Shown: positions 50,707 through 61,334 of the stretch, piece after piece | Layout: each line of letters starts with the position of its first letter | Position numbering within the stretch: the stretch's first letter is position 1 | NCBI GenBank assembly: GCA_045112395.1 | Contig: JBGUHW010000218.1 | Location: 1-61,627, forward strand | DNA length: 61,627 bases | Direction: 5' to 3' | Source: Bacteroidales bacterium | GTDB taxonomy: Bacteria > Bacteroidota > Bacteroidia > Bacteroidales > ML635J-15 | Notes under the pieces: model-generated | Seen by the model: only the letters and a program-made list of their open reading frames with translations | What the model was told of the DNA's origin: nothing | Database searches by the model: none | Program-made: the position numbers and the translations under genes

Positions 50707-53700
50707 CTATTTGTTTCCATCCAACATTATAAATGCTGCCCAATATCTTGGATTCTCGAATCCTTGTGTCGTCTTTACCTTGCTCTGTGCCGCTAGGAAA
50801 GCTTCGCGCTTGGTCATCCCCTTGGTGAGATTTGCGTAGAATTCTGTCATCATCAGCAGGGTGGCATTGTCATCTACTGGCCAGAGGCTCATGATTATAG
50901 TACGCACACCTGCCTTCTTGAAGCCTCTCTGCAGACCGAACACACCTTCGCTGGAGATTTCACCCAAGGCTGTCTGGCAGGCCGAAAGTACAACCAAATC
51001 GGTGTTGCGCAAGTCCATCTGACTGATTTCCTTGGCTGTAAGGATGCCATCCTCAACGCCATCAGGGATTGGCAGGTTTTGCCATGCATAGTTTGCTCCC
51101 GAAAGCATAAGTCCCGACTGTATAAGCGAGAAGTCGCCCTGCAATTTTTCATCGGTAGGCAGGAAGAATCCATGAGTTGCAATGTGAATTGTAGAAATGT
51201 CTTTCCCCGACAGAGCCTTGAACGATTCCTCGTTTGCCTGCGAGCCTTCGTATAGCGTTGTTGATATTTTCCCTTTCGACTTTAATGTACTCACAATGTC
51301 TTCGACCTCCGTCTTAGTGCCAGGCAAATAATTTACACTTCCATGATCCTCATCCTTGTTGAATGCGGCAAATGATGTATAGGTCGCACTGCGGGTTGAA
51401 TATCGGTTACTCTCACGCTTCATGGTAGTGGTGTCGCTATCGTAGTATATGCCTCCGTAAAGTGTCGAACTGCTCATCGGCTTTACAATGTAGTCCATGG
51501 CAAGAAAACGAGTGGAGGATATTCTATAAATCTCGTACTTGTCAGATATAAGTTTCCCGTTACCTATTGGAGCATACTCGATGGCCACCTGATGCAGCAT
51601 TCCAGATGGAGCAAAATATATGCGCGGATTCTCGGGGAAATATTTTTCCATAGGTTTCCAAAGTGTCCTGTATAATTCAGTCGATTCATAAATTCCCTGC
51701 CGTTTTGACGAAACCGACACTGCCCCACGGTTTTCGTCTTCGGTTGGTGTCTCGGTTCTTGCCGGAGCTACACCGCGAATCATCTTCTGCAGTTCGTACT
51801 GATTGAAAAGCGGCACGCATACAGGCGCTTCAATGCCCTTTGTAAGCACAAGTGCAACATACCATGTTGTATCTTTCTTGATGTAATTGGAAAATTCAAT
51901 TGCAACATCGTTGTTTTTCAGCGACTTTTGCACTTCCTTCCAATCAATTTTTATGAAATGCGTTACATCGCCAAACTCCTTGCAGTTTTCCATAACGAGC
52001 CTTTCCTTTTTCCTTATCTCGTTTTCAAGCGAATCGCAGTTGTATTCACGATTATCTATAGGTTTTTCGAAATCCTTGTTAAGTTGCATCTGCATGGTTT
52101 TCAATGCCTCGTAATCGGAAATCAGTGAATTATTGCCGCTTTCCAAAATTATGTTTGTCACACTGATTTCAGAGGCGAGCAACAAACCTTTGGTGATTAG
52201 TTCTACATCATACGATGTTTTTGTCGCCATGGTGTCGTTAGGCAATTGTGACATATATATAATGTTGCATTGGATAAATTGCCTGTTGGCATTCCAGTAT
52301 GCTTCGCGTTCATGGGCAGTCATAAATGAAAAGTTGCTACACAAATGGCTTTTGCGCTTGTCGATGGCAAGTTTATTGTACATTATGGCTTTCTTGTAGT
52401 CGCCCATTTTGTAATATGTGTTGCCGAGATTAGTTAGCAACATTTCATATCTGGGATGATTCTCACCCAAAGTTCTTTTTGTTATTTCCAGTGCTTGCGT
52501 ATAATATTTCAATGAATTTTGGTAATCTTTCAGTTCATTATATACAATTCCAATATTATTAAGCGACAATATATAGTCGGGATGTTCTTCGCCGAAAACC
52601 TTTTTTCTAACTTTCATCGCTTGCTCATGATATTCCAACGCATCTTGATATTCTTTCATATCAACAAACAAATTGGCTATACCAGACAACGAACTAGCAT
52701 AGTCAGGATGATTCTCGCCATAAATCTTTAGCTCTATTTCCAATGCTTTTATAAGATAATCCACGGCGTTCCGATTGTCTCCCAAATCATGATATAGCAA
52801 TCCAACATTATGAAGCGATGCAGCATAGTCGGGATGTTCTTCGCCAAGTGTCTTTTTTCGTATTTCCATCGCCTGTAAATTGTATTTCAAGGCATTCTGG
52901 TAGTCATCCATATTCATATAAACAACGCCAATGTTATTAAGAGCATCTGCATATTCGGGATTATTCTCGCCATACAACCCCCTATTGAAATCCAATACTT
53001 GCGTATAATATTTCAGGGCAGTCTGATAGTCGCACAGATTATCATATACCATTGCAATATTATTAAGCGCAGATATGTATTCGGGATGATTCTCACCATA
53101 AAACTTTCTCAAAATTTCAATCGACTGCGTATAATACATTAAGGCATTCTTATAGTTTCCCATATCCATATATGCAAGACCCATATTGTTAAGCGGGATA
53201 GCACAATTTACATGTTCGTCTCCATAAATCTTTTTGTCTATTTCCAGTGCCTGCATAAAATATTTCAGTGCGGTTATGTAGTCGCATTTATGATAATAAA
53301 CAAGACCGATCTTATTAAGTTCTTTTGCATAGTAAGGATGCTCCTTCCCTTTTGCTTTCCTTATTATTTCCAATGCAAGTTTATGATACTCCAAAGCTTT
53401 ACGATGATCTTCCTTGTCTAGGTATAAATTACCTATATCGCTCAATGCTTTTGCATATTCGGAATTGCTTTCTCCCCAAAACTTCTTTTTGATTTCCATT
53501 GCTTGGGTATAACATTTTATAGCCTCCTGATAGTTTGCCATGCTTTTATATAGAGCACCTATACTTGTAAGCGATATGGCATAAATGGGATGTTCTTCGC
53601 CTAGTGTCTGCTTGCGAATATCGGCGGCCTGCATGTAACATTTCAAAGCGTTCTGATAGTCTGCCATTTTCAAATAGGCATCACCAATATTGTTTAGGCT

Positions 53701-55404
53701 TTTAGCATATTCGGGATGATTCTCCCCATATACCTTTTTACATATTTCCAATGATTGAGCAAGATATTTCCTAGCAGTCTGGTACTCGCCCATATTTTCA
53801 TAAGTAACACCTATATTATTAAGCAAGTTTGAAATGTCAATAGAATTTTCAGGACATACTTTGCTTTTTATATCCAACGACTTCTGGTAATATTTTAATG
53901 CATTGGAGTTATCCTCTTTCGATATATATATATTACCTATATTGCTAAGCACAGTTGCATATTCGAGCGAATTTTCACCATTATTTTTCCTATCGTATTC
54001 TAGCACCTGCTGATAATATTCCATTGCCGTTTTATAATCTTCCAGTTTTTCATAAACGGCACCGAGATGGTGCAATGATTCAATGTAATCGGGAGAATTC
54101 ACACCGGGAGTTTTTTCCCTTATTTCCAATGCCTGCTGATGATATTTCAACGAGGTTGTGTAGTCGCCAATATTATAATATCCAACGCCTATGGCACTGA
54201 GCGCTTTTGCATAATCTCCAGGGGTATCTTCGGATCCTTTTGGTGTTTTTAGATAATATTTCAAAGAGTTATAGTAGTCGCCCTTGTCGTAATACAGTTT
54301 TCCGATTTTGTAGACTGTTTTCGAATAGTCAACACTCATATTTCCATTTTTCTCTAGCATTTCTTCAAGCTGAGTTAAATAGTTCATTGCGTTTGGAATG
54401 TCCTTAGTGGCATAATATGCATTGGACACCAAGGTAAGAAGATATATGTATCCGTCATTTTCCTCGCCATATAGCATTTTCCATGTTTCCATTGCCGGAA
54501 CATTATATTTCAATGAGCTTCGATAATCCTCAAGATAATAATATGAATATCCGATCATGGCAAGCAGATTCACATATTTGGAAGATGTCTTGTCGTAAGT
54601 GTCTACTATTGTTAGAGCATATTTCAAGGTGTTTGGGTAGTCATCCATTTTGTAATACATTAAACTGATGTTGAAAACAGTCTGTATATACTCTGGATCA
54701 TTCTCTCCAAGGGTGTTTTTTTGTACATCTCCCAGTTTTATGTAATATTTCAATGCGTTCTGATTGTCTTTTATAGTATAATATGTAGATGCTATGTTGT
54801 CCAATGTTAATGCGTAGCTGGAATGGTTTGTTCCGAGTGTCTTCTCCTTGATTTCCAGAATCTCCATATAATATTTGATAACATTTTGATAGTCTTCCAG
54901 TTCATTGCAGATGGAGATAATGCTATTTAGTGTTCTCATGTAATCGGTGTGTTCTATTCCTACGACTTTTTTTCGAACGTCCAACGCTTGAACTAAGTAA
55001 TTAAAAGCATTCTGGTGCTCATTCATCTTTTCATATTCAAGACCAACCTGACTGAGCAGTGCCGCATATTTAATATTTTCAGTTCCATTGAGGCCTCCAT
55101 AGACGTCCTTTGCAATGATGTAACAATTCACGGATTTCTGATGTTCACCGTTTTTTGAATATGCATACGCCATATTGTAAATTGCCATGGCATAATATGA
55201 GTTTTTACCATTATCAACCTTCTTGGCAAGTTCAGCGGCTTCACCATACTTAGCAATTGCTTCTTTGTATTTTTGAGCATTACAATAGCTGTCTCCCACT
55301 TTTTTTATGGAGTCCACCCTGTTGTATATTGCGGTAGCATCGGTTTGAGAGAACAACAGGTTGCACAAAAGTGCGAGAATTATGAGTGATAATATTTTCT
55401 TCAT
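50707..55404 (-). CDS. TPR-repeat CHAT-domain (caspase-like) protease with signal peptide
   Basis: Many 42-aa TPRs (GEEHPDYA..LNNIG); HIATHG and LSACQT catalytic motifs. Confidence 0.93.
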   Translation of the reverse strand: MKKILSLIILALLCNLLFSQTDATAIYNRVDSIKKVGDSYCNAQKYKEAIAKYGEAAELAKKVDNGKNSYYAMAIYNMAYAYSKNGEHQKSVNCYIIAKDVYGGLNGTENIKYAALLSQVGLEYEKMNEHQNAFNYLVQALDVRKKVVGIEHTDYMRTLNSIISICNELEDYQNVIKYYMEILEIKEKTLGTNHSSYALTLDNIASTYYTIKDNQNALKYYIKLGDVQKNTLGENDPEYIQTVFNISLMYYKMDDYPNTLKYALTIVDTYDKTSSKYVNLLAMIGYSYYYLEDYRSSLKYNVPAMETWKMLYGEENDGYIYLLTLVSNAYYATKDIPNAMNYLTQLEEMLEKNGNMSVDYSKTVYKIGKLYYDKGDYYNSLKYYLKTPKGSEDTPGDYAKALSAIGVGYYNIGDYTTSLKYHQQALEIREKTPGVNSPDYIESLHHLGAVYEKLEDYKTAMEYYQQVLEYDRKNNGENSLEYATVLSNIGNIYISKEDNSNALKYYQKSLDIKSKVCPENSIDISNLLNNIGVTYENMGEYQTARKYLAQSLEICKKVYGENHPEYAKSLNNIGDAYLKMADYQNALKCYMQAADIRKQTLGEEHPIYAISLTSIGALYKSMANYQEAIKCYTQAMEIKKKFWGESNSEYAKALSDIGNLYLDKEDHRKALEYHKLALEIIRKAKGKEHPYYAKELNKIGLVYYHKCDYITALKYFMQALEIDKKIYGDEHVNCAIPLNNMGLAYMDMGNYKNALMYYTQSIEILRKFYGENHPEYISALNNIAMVYDNLCDYQTALKYYTQVLDFNRGLYGENNPEYADALNNIGVVYMNMDDYQNALKYNLQAMEIRKKTLGEEHPDYAASLHNVGLLYHDLGDNRNAVDYLIKALEIELKIYGENHPDYASSLSGIANLFVDMKEYQDALEYHEQAMKVRKKVFGEEHPDYILSLNNIGIVYNELKDYQNSLKYYTQALEITKRTLGENHPRYEMLLTNLGNTYYKMGDYKKAIMYNKLAIDKRKSHLCSNFSFMTAHEREAYWNANRQFIQCNIIYMSQLPNDTMATKTSYDVELITKGLLLASEISVTNIILESGNNSLISDYEALKTMQMQLNKDFEKPIDNREYNCDSLENEIRKKERLVMENCKEFGDVTHFIKIDWKEVQKSLKNNDVAIEFSNYIKKDTTWYVALVLTKGIEAPVCVPLFNQYELQKMIRGVAPARTETPTEDENRGAVSVSSKRQGIYESTELYRTLWKPMEKYFPENPRIYFAPSGMLHQVAIEYAPIGNGKLISDKYEIYRISSTRFLAMDYIVKPMSSSTLYGGIYYDSDTTTMKRESNRYSTRSATYTSFAAFNKDEDHGSVNYLPGTKTEVEDIVSTLKSKGKISTTLYEGSQANEESFKALSGKDISTIHIATHGFFLPTDEKLQGDFSLIQSGLMLSGANYAWQNLPIPDGVEDGILTAKEISQMDLRNTDLVVLSACQTALGEISSEGVFGLQRGFKKAGVRTIIMSLWPVDDNATLLMMTEFYANLTKGMTKREAFLAAQSKVKTTQGFENPRYWAAFIMLDGNK

Positions 55405-55407
55405 TGC

Positions 55408-55552
55408 GTTTAAGTTTCTTGGTTTTCTGGGCTTGAAGGCTCAAAGGCTAACAGACTGATAGCCAATCGACTTTTAGCCTTTTTGCCCAATAAAGCAAAT
55501 CCCATTGCATCTTGTCGCCCAATCTAAAATCGTAATTCGTAAATCGTAAATC
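55408..55552. repeat. Composite repeat array between the CHAT genes
   Basis: GTTTC, GAAGGCTC AAAGGCTA ACAGACTG, TTTTAGCC, AAATCGT AATTCGT AAATCGT. Confidence 0.8.
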
Positions 55553-55553
55553 A

Positions 55554-58500
55554 TTATTTGTTTCCGTCCAACATTATAAACGCTGCCCAGAATCTCGGAT
55601 TTTCGAAGCCTTTTGTCTCTTTCAATGTGCGCTGAGCCTTCAGGAAAGCTTCACGCTTCGACATTCCTGCCATCAGATTTGAGTAGAACTCGGTCATCAT
55701 CAACTGCGTGGCATTGTCATCAACCGACCAGAGGCTCATTATGAGCGTATGCACACCTGCTTTCTTGAATCCGCGCTGAAGTCCGAAAACACCTTCATCG
55801 GTAATTTCGCCAAGTCCTGTCTGGCAAGCGGAAAGAACCACCATATCAGCATCACGCAAGTCCATATTGCTTATCTCCTTTGCAGTGAGCACACCATCCT
55901 CAACGCCTTCGGGAACTGGCCGGTTTGTCCAGATGTTGTTGGCACCTGCAAGCAAAAGTCCCGACAAGTTGAGCGACTGCTCTGAATTGAGAATAGTATC
56001 GGCAGGCATAAAGAATCCGTGTGTGGCAATATGCAAAAGCGACACATTCTTTCCCGACAAGTTCTTGAACGATTCTTCGTTGGCAGCCTCGCCTATATGC
56101 ATGTCAACCTTGATTTTTCCTGCTTTCAGTTTGGCATTAATGGTTTCCACCTCGGTTTTGGTGCCTGGCAAATAGCTCAAACTAGTCCTTTCCTCATCCC
56201 TACTGATGTCGGCAAATGAATTATAGGATGCGGATCTCGTTCCAAAGCGTTCGCTTTCTCGCTTCATGGATGCAGGATCGGAATCGTAGCTTATGCCACC
56301 ATACAGCACGGCCTCGTCAAATGGACGCGGCGAATAGTCCATAGCAAGAAAACGAGTGGATGATACGCGGTAAATTTCGTAGATGTCCGAAATTGACTTT
56401 GTGGAATTAACCATTGCATACTCTATCGCTACTTGATGCAGTAAGCCTGTCGGTGCGAAATATATGCGTGCGTTTGGCGTGAAATATTTTTCCAAAGGCT
56501 TCCAAATTGCATTGTACAAGTCGGTGGATGTATATACGCCCATGCGTCTGTCGCGCAAAACGGTTGCACCGCGGTCATCTGATGGCTTTTCGGGCATAAC
56601 GCCTGTGCGCAAAAGTCTTTGCAAGTCCTTTTCGGAACAAAGCGGAACAAACATCGGCGATTTCATAAACTTGTTAACCAAAAGTGCAGCGTAGCGGGTC
56701 TCGGAGGAATCGACCTCAAATCTTGTAAATTCGACAGCCACATCGCCCTTGCGCATTGCCGACTGCACATCTTTCCATGTAAGTCCGATTGATGCATTGA
56801 AGCCTCCATATTTCTCGACCCTAGCAACAAGGTCACGCTCTGCGGCGTTTATTTCCTCCTTAAGTTTGCGGCAGTCGATGTATCTGTCCTCAACAGGCAT
56901 TTCGTAAGCTTTACCCAGCTTGTCCTTCATGGAAATAAGTTCCGCATAGTCGGAAATAAGAGCAGAATCGCCACTTTCGTAAACAGAACGTGTAAACTCG
57001 ATATCGGATGTCAGCAACAAGCCCTTGGTAATCAACTCGGCATTGTAGGCTCCGCTCGAAATCACACCATTATTCGACAATTTGCTTCCGCAACGAAGTA
57101 TATGCTGACTCATATCCTTGTTTTTCTCCCAGTACATTTCGCGTTCGGCAGATGTAAGGAACGAAAAGTCGTTTGCGAGATGCTTCCTGTTTATCTCCAT
57201 TGCTTCGGAGAAGCTTTCTGCAGCCTTGTTGTAGTCGCCCATCGCAAAATATACATCGCCTATGCCATTGAGAGTTCCGGCATAAGTCGGATGCTTGTCA
57301 TCGTAGATACTATGGAAAATGGCTAGAGCATCACTGTAATTATTCAAAGCCTTGTCATATTCTCCTTTTGCCTTGTATGCCAGTGCGATATTGCAAAGGG
57401 TTGTAGCATAATTCGAACTGTTTTCTCCGTATGTTTCCTGATTTATCGCAAGGCATTTCTCAAAAAGCGACATTGCTTCATCGTACATCCCAAGCATAGT
57501 ATATGAAGTGCCTTTGTTTTCGTATAGCATAGCATATTGGGCTGGGTCGTTGCTATGTATTCTATCCAACATTTCAAGAGCATCATCGAAATAGTCGATT
57601 GCTTCCCTGTGTTTTCCTGACTTCTTGCAGAAATTTCCAAGATTGTTGAGCGTCTGAACTTCTGCTTTGGTATCAGCTCCCTGATAAACTCTTATCGACT
57701 CCTGCGCCAAAATGTAGCACTTGTATGCGCGGTCGTAATTTCCAACGGCCACATACGCATTGCCAAGCAAGTTGCATATTCCAGCACAAACATCGCTATC
57801 AACATAAGTATATTCAAAGCGCTTGAATTCGGGTTCAAGGCAACCGATTACCGAAACATATTCACCCATTTCGGCGTAGGTGGATGCCATTGCATATTTC
57901 GTGGCGAAATAATTATCGCTTATCTCATTTTCATCGAATTGCGACATCAAATATTCGTAATACCCAAATGCCTTGTCGTAGTCGTGAAGCGTAGCATATA
58001 AATAAGCACCATAAAGCATCATTGTATAATCAATCGCATAATATTCGTTTCTGGATTCCAAAAGTTTGTAATAATCCAGTATAAGGTCAAAATTTTTCAG
58101 CGCTTCCCGTTTTTCTTCCTTTCCTACTAACGCAAGAGCCTTGTAAAGCAAGTAATAATAATGTATTTCTGCATATCCATTACCCGAAATGCTATTGCTT
58201 TGTGGCAGGAACCTATCAAGTTCCGACATGTAACCCAAAGTGGAATCGTATTTTTCGGCTATATATTCGATATAGCCCATGTGTAGCAACGAATACTCGT
58301 AAAATATACTGTCGTTACTTGTATTGAAGCCATCACGCGCAAACAGATCCTTTATCTTTACAAAAGTTTCAATAGCATACGGTCTGCAATCGTTGACATT
58401 GTTAGATCTTACGCTAGTGTTTAACATATATAGGTGTTGGTACAATTGCTCCAGTTCGCTCTGCTCCTCCATGCCATAAATATCTGTGCCGTCATCATCG

Positions 58501-60917
58501 CCAGCCCAAAATTCGCCCTCATCGATTTCTTCCTTCTTGAATTTCTTCGACAGTTTTTCGTACTGCTTGGCGTATTTCTTGGCATCGTCGTAGTTGTGGT
58601 TCCAGCGACTAATATCTGCAAGCTTGTGGATAGTTTCGCAATAAGTATATGTTTTTTTCATTCCCGCATTGTCCATCAGCGAAATGGCATTCTTGTAGCA
58701 AAGTATAGATGAATCGTATTTGAAAAGTTTATAATATAATTCTGCTTTTCGTATGGTGATTTGTATTTTTAAGGTTTCCAGTTCTTCCTTCTCTATATAA
58801 TCGGGATGCTGTTCGAGATACGATTCTAATTCTTCGAAGATTTTGAGAGAGAACTCGTTATTGTAGCTTTTTTCTCCATAATCCAACAGTTCACCAAAGA
58901 TTTTCATGCAACGATTATTGATGAAGATATTGGTTGGCAATGTTTTATACACACCATACGCATCTATGTAATACTCAACGGATTCGTCTTTCACTAAGGC
59001 TAGTTCGTAAAGCGTGTTGGCATAGTTTCTTGTATTTGTAAGAGACAAGGCTTCGAACATTTCCTTTGCTTTCAACAACATTTGCATACCCTTGAAGCCT
59101 TTGGATGCATCGCTAATGTACTTTCCTACATTGTAAAGCGAATAAGCATAGTAGATGCTGTCGGTATGGGTGGCATTTCCCTTTGCAAAATAATCCTCGA
59201 AGGCAATCATTATCGAACGAGTACTGTTTATGCGCTCGCTCGGATTTGTCGAACTGCGTTTCATAATGGCACACACGGCATCGTAGCGCAACGAATCGCA
59301 ATGTGTTCCCTTGGTAGGACGGAAAGAGCCATCGTAAAACAATTCAACCTCGTCATCGTCAACAGCTACCGTCAGGAAGTCGGCAATTGACATATAGGAA
59401 GTTGGAATGTAATAGTCATCATCAATTGGCATTTCGTTAGCAAGAGCATCCTCGTACATCTTGCGGTATTTTTCTTCCGATTTGCTGTCTCCAAGGTTCT
59501 TGTATGTGTCGGCAAGTTTCAGTAGAATCTCAGCATCGCCACCGTTGGGGTTGTCGTTGTTTTCGTAGGCTTGCATATAGTATTCAAGAGCCTTGTTATA
59601 GTTTCTTATTTTGAAGTAATTGTTTCCAGTTCGAATCAGCGCATAAATGTACCAGTCGTTTTCGGCGTTGCGACATATTTCCACCATCTGTTCGTTGTAG
59701 CGGATAGCCTTTTCGCAGTCGCGCATTTCGTCACCGCAATAATAACTGTCAAGCGCATCCATTATGTTCGTACAACTTGATAAATTATATTCGTTGAATG
59801 GAAGTTTCGTGAAAATTTCGAATGATGCTTCGGCATATTTTATTGCAGTTTCCCTGTCGTTTCGCCCATTGTTATAAAATATAGCTAGTTCATACAATAT
59901 GTTGGCGTGAATATCGGAGATTGCATCTTTGGAAGAAGCATATAGTTCGTCTGCCTGCTTCATGTAGCGGATAGCACGAGCTGCCATAAGTGCTGTGGTT
60001 TCATCGTCTTCACTGCTTTGTGATGCATCCCAGCAACGTATTGCTATATGATATAACGACTTGGCATAAAGTAGGCTGTCATCAGAGTTTTTCATTCCGT
60101 CTTTTTCGAACGAGCCTTGCAATTCCTCGAACAACGGCATAGCTTCATCGACATCGAATCTGACCTCTAGAAGCATGTTGTAAAGCGAATCACGGCGGTT
60201 GGCTGGATTCTCTATCGGCAGATAGGCAGTCATTGTATACGTTGCAATTGGATACTCCTTTTCTGATACAATAAGATCCTTGTATTGTTCAAGGCTGAAA
60301 TAATGTTCCGAATCTTTGCCTCCTGCTTTTTCTTCGGCTTTTAATGCTTCATTTATAGCTTCTTCTGCCTTATCGTATTCGTTTATGTTCATATATGCGA
60401 AAGCAACTTCCTCCATAGCAGAAGAAAGTTCGTAATACTGCTTTTTGAGATATTTCTTCGTGAAATCGGCATTCAGCAAAGCATACCGCAAGTTTTTTTC
60501 ATAGTCTACCAGATCGTATGAATAGTACGCTTTCAACACATCAAGCATTTCGAAGCAGCGCCATACATCGTTGTTGTCGAGTTTGTCTGCTTTTGCATAC
60601 AAAGTCATTGCCGTGTCGTAGTAAGGGATGCCCTCTTTAAAATAAAAGTTCAGCTGTCTGTAATATCCCACATGAAACATCATGCGTGCGTATGGCAGTT
60701 CGCCAATTTCTGCTGCCGACATGGCTTTCGAAACAAATTCATTATATGCCGAAAAATACATTTCGTTGGCTTCGCCAAGGCATTCGGCATATATGTCGGC
60801 ATTGCTTGAAAGGCAAGCATTAGCAAGTGCATCGGCTTTCTGCAACTTAGTTTCTACCTGCGAGAACGAATGCAGACAGAATGGTATTATCGCTAAAATT
60901 AAGGCAAGTCTCTTCAT
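55554..60917 (-). CDS. TPR-repeat CHAT-domain (caspase-like) protease with signal peptide
   Basis: MKRLALILAII signal peptide (start moved to 60917); TPRs; HIATHG, LSACQT. Confidence 0.93.
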   Translation of the reverse strand: MKRLALILAIIPFCLHSFSQVETKLQKADALANACLSSNADIYAECLGEANEMYFSAYNEFVSKAMSAAEIGELPYARMMFHVGYYRQLNFYFKEGIPYYDTAMTLYAKADKLDNNDVWRCFEMLDVLKAYYSYDLVDYEKNLRYALLNADFTKKYLKKQYYELSSAMEEVAFAYMNINEYDKAEEAINEALKAEEKAGGKDSEHYFSLEQYKDLIVSEKEYPIATYTMTAYLPIENPANRRDSLYNMLLEVRFDVDEAMPLFEELQGSFEKDGMKNSDDSLLYAKSLYHIAIRCWDASQSSEDDETTALMAARAIRYMKQADELYASSKDAISDIHANILYELAIFYNNGRNDRETAIKYAEASFEIFTKLPFNEYNLSSCTNIMDALDSYYCGDEMRDCEKAIRYNEQMVEICRNAENDWYIYALIRTGNNYFKIRNYNKALEYYMQAYENNDNPNGGDAEILLKLADTYKNLGDSKSEEKYRKMYEDALANEMPIDDDYYIPTSYMSIADFLTVAVDDDEVELFYDGSFRPTKGTHCDSLRYDAVCAIMKRSSTNPSERINSTRSIMIAFEDYFAKGNATHTDSIYYAYSLYNVGKYISDASKGFKGMQMLLKAKEMFEALSLTNTRNYANTLYELALVKDESVEYYIDAYGVYKTLPTNIFINNRCMKIFGELLDYGEKSYNNEFSLKIFEELESYLEQHPDYIEKEELETLKIQITIRKAELYYKLFKYDSSILCYKNAISLMDNAGMKKTYTYCETIHKLADISRWNHNYDDAKKYAKQYEKLSKKFKKEEIDEGEFWAGDDDGTDIYGMEEQSELEQLYQHLYMLNTSVRSNNVNDCRPYAIETFVKIKDLFARDGFNTSNDSIFYEYSLLHMGYIEYIAEKYDSTLGYMSELDRFLPQSNSISGNGYAEIHYYYLLYKALALVGKEEKREALKNFDLILDYYKLLESRNEYYAIDYTMMLYGAYLYATLHDYDKAFGYYEYLMSQFDENEISDNYFATKYAMASTYAEMGEYVSVIGCLEPEFKRFEYTYVDSDVCAGICNLLGNAYVAVGNYDRAYKCYILAQESIRVYQGADTKAEVQTLNNLGNFCKKSGKHREAIDYFDDALEMLDRIHSNDPAQYAMLYENKGTSYTMLGMYDEAMSLFEKCLAINQETYGENSSNYATTLCNIALAYKAKGEYDKALNNYSDALAIFHSIYDDKHPTYAGTLNGIGDVYFAMGDYNKAAESFSEAMEINRKHLANDFSFLTSAEREMYWEKNKDMSQHILRCGSKLSNNGVISSGAYNAELITKGLLLTSDIEFTRSVYESGDSALISDYAELISMKDKLGKAYEMPVEDRYIDCRKLKEEINAAERDLVARVEKYGGFNASIGLTWKDVQSAMRKGDVAVEFTRFEVDSSETRYAALLVNKFMKSPMFVPLCSEKDLQRLLRTGVMPEKPSDDRGATVLRDRRMGVYTSTDLYNAIWKPLEKYFTPNARIYFAPTGLLHQVAIEYAMVNSTKSISDIYEIYRVSSTRFLAMDYSPRPFDEAVLYGGISYDSDPASMKRESERFGTRSASYNSFADISRDEERTSLSYLPGTKTEVETINAKLKAGKIKVDMHIGEAANEESFKNLSGKNVSLLHIATHGFFMPADTILNSEQSLNLSGLLLAGANNIWTNRPVPEGVEDGVLTAKEISNMDLRDADMVVLSACQTGLGEITDEGVFGLQRGFKKAGVHTLIMSLWSVDDNATQLMMTEFYSNLMAGMSKREAFLKAQRTLKETKGFENPRFWAAFIMLDGNK

Positions 60918-61008
60918 ATTACTTTTTTTTGCAAAGTTATGTATATGCGCCAAATAAGCAAAGAGACATCAGCATTTTTCGATAGAAAAAAATTGGAGCG
61001 TGTAACAA

Positions 61009-61038
61009 AAAAAGAGACTGCTGTTGCAATCTCTTTTT
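61009..61038 (-). terminator. Terminator after tRNA-Leu
   Basis: AAAAAGAGA CTGC TGTT GCAA TCTCTTTTT. Confidence 0.65.
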
Positions 61039-61039
61039 G

Positions 61040-61123
61040 TACCCGGGGCCGGGGTCGAACCGGCACTCCAGTGAAGGAACTGGTGTTTGAGACCAGCGCG
61101 TCTACCGATTCCGCCACCCGGGC
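61040..61123 (-). tRNA. tRNA-Leu(CAA)
   Basis: GCCCGGG acceptor, GGCGGAATCGGTAGACGC D arm, CTGGT-CTCAAAC-ACCAG anticodon arm, long variable arm, GGTTCGACCCC; CCA not encoded. Confidence 0.96.
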
Positions 61124-61277
61124 ATTCGGTATGCCTTTTGGGATTGCAAAAGTACTACATTTTTTTGAAATCAAAGCATTTTTTTTGATTTAATAATAAA
61201 AATCAAATAAACCACTAAAAACCAAGGATTTAAATAAGAACATTAATTTCTAGTTGTTGATTAATGAACACACAAGG

Positions 61278-61324
61278 TCTCCTTTTTCAGATCTTGAAAC
61301 AAGTTCAAGATGACAAAAAGGAGA
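61278..61324. repeat. GTCA-type REP nested in a 10-bp inverted repeat
   Basis: TCTCCTTTTT CAGATCTTGAAACAAGTTCAAGATGAC AAAAAGGAGA. Confidence 0.75.
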
Positions 61325-61334
61325 AAGGAAACGA

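Noticed and set aside
52300-54250. DGR variable/template repeats in the TPR array
   Set aside because: Repeats are diverged 126-bp coding units without an adenine-specific pattern; no reverse transcriptase in the window
50707-61123. tRNA-Leu-anchored genomic island carrying the CHAT genes
   Set aside because: No integrase and no duplicated tRNA 3' end seen
60914-61193. ORFs spanning the tRNA
   Set aside because: They overlap a clear tRNA-Leu
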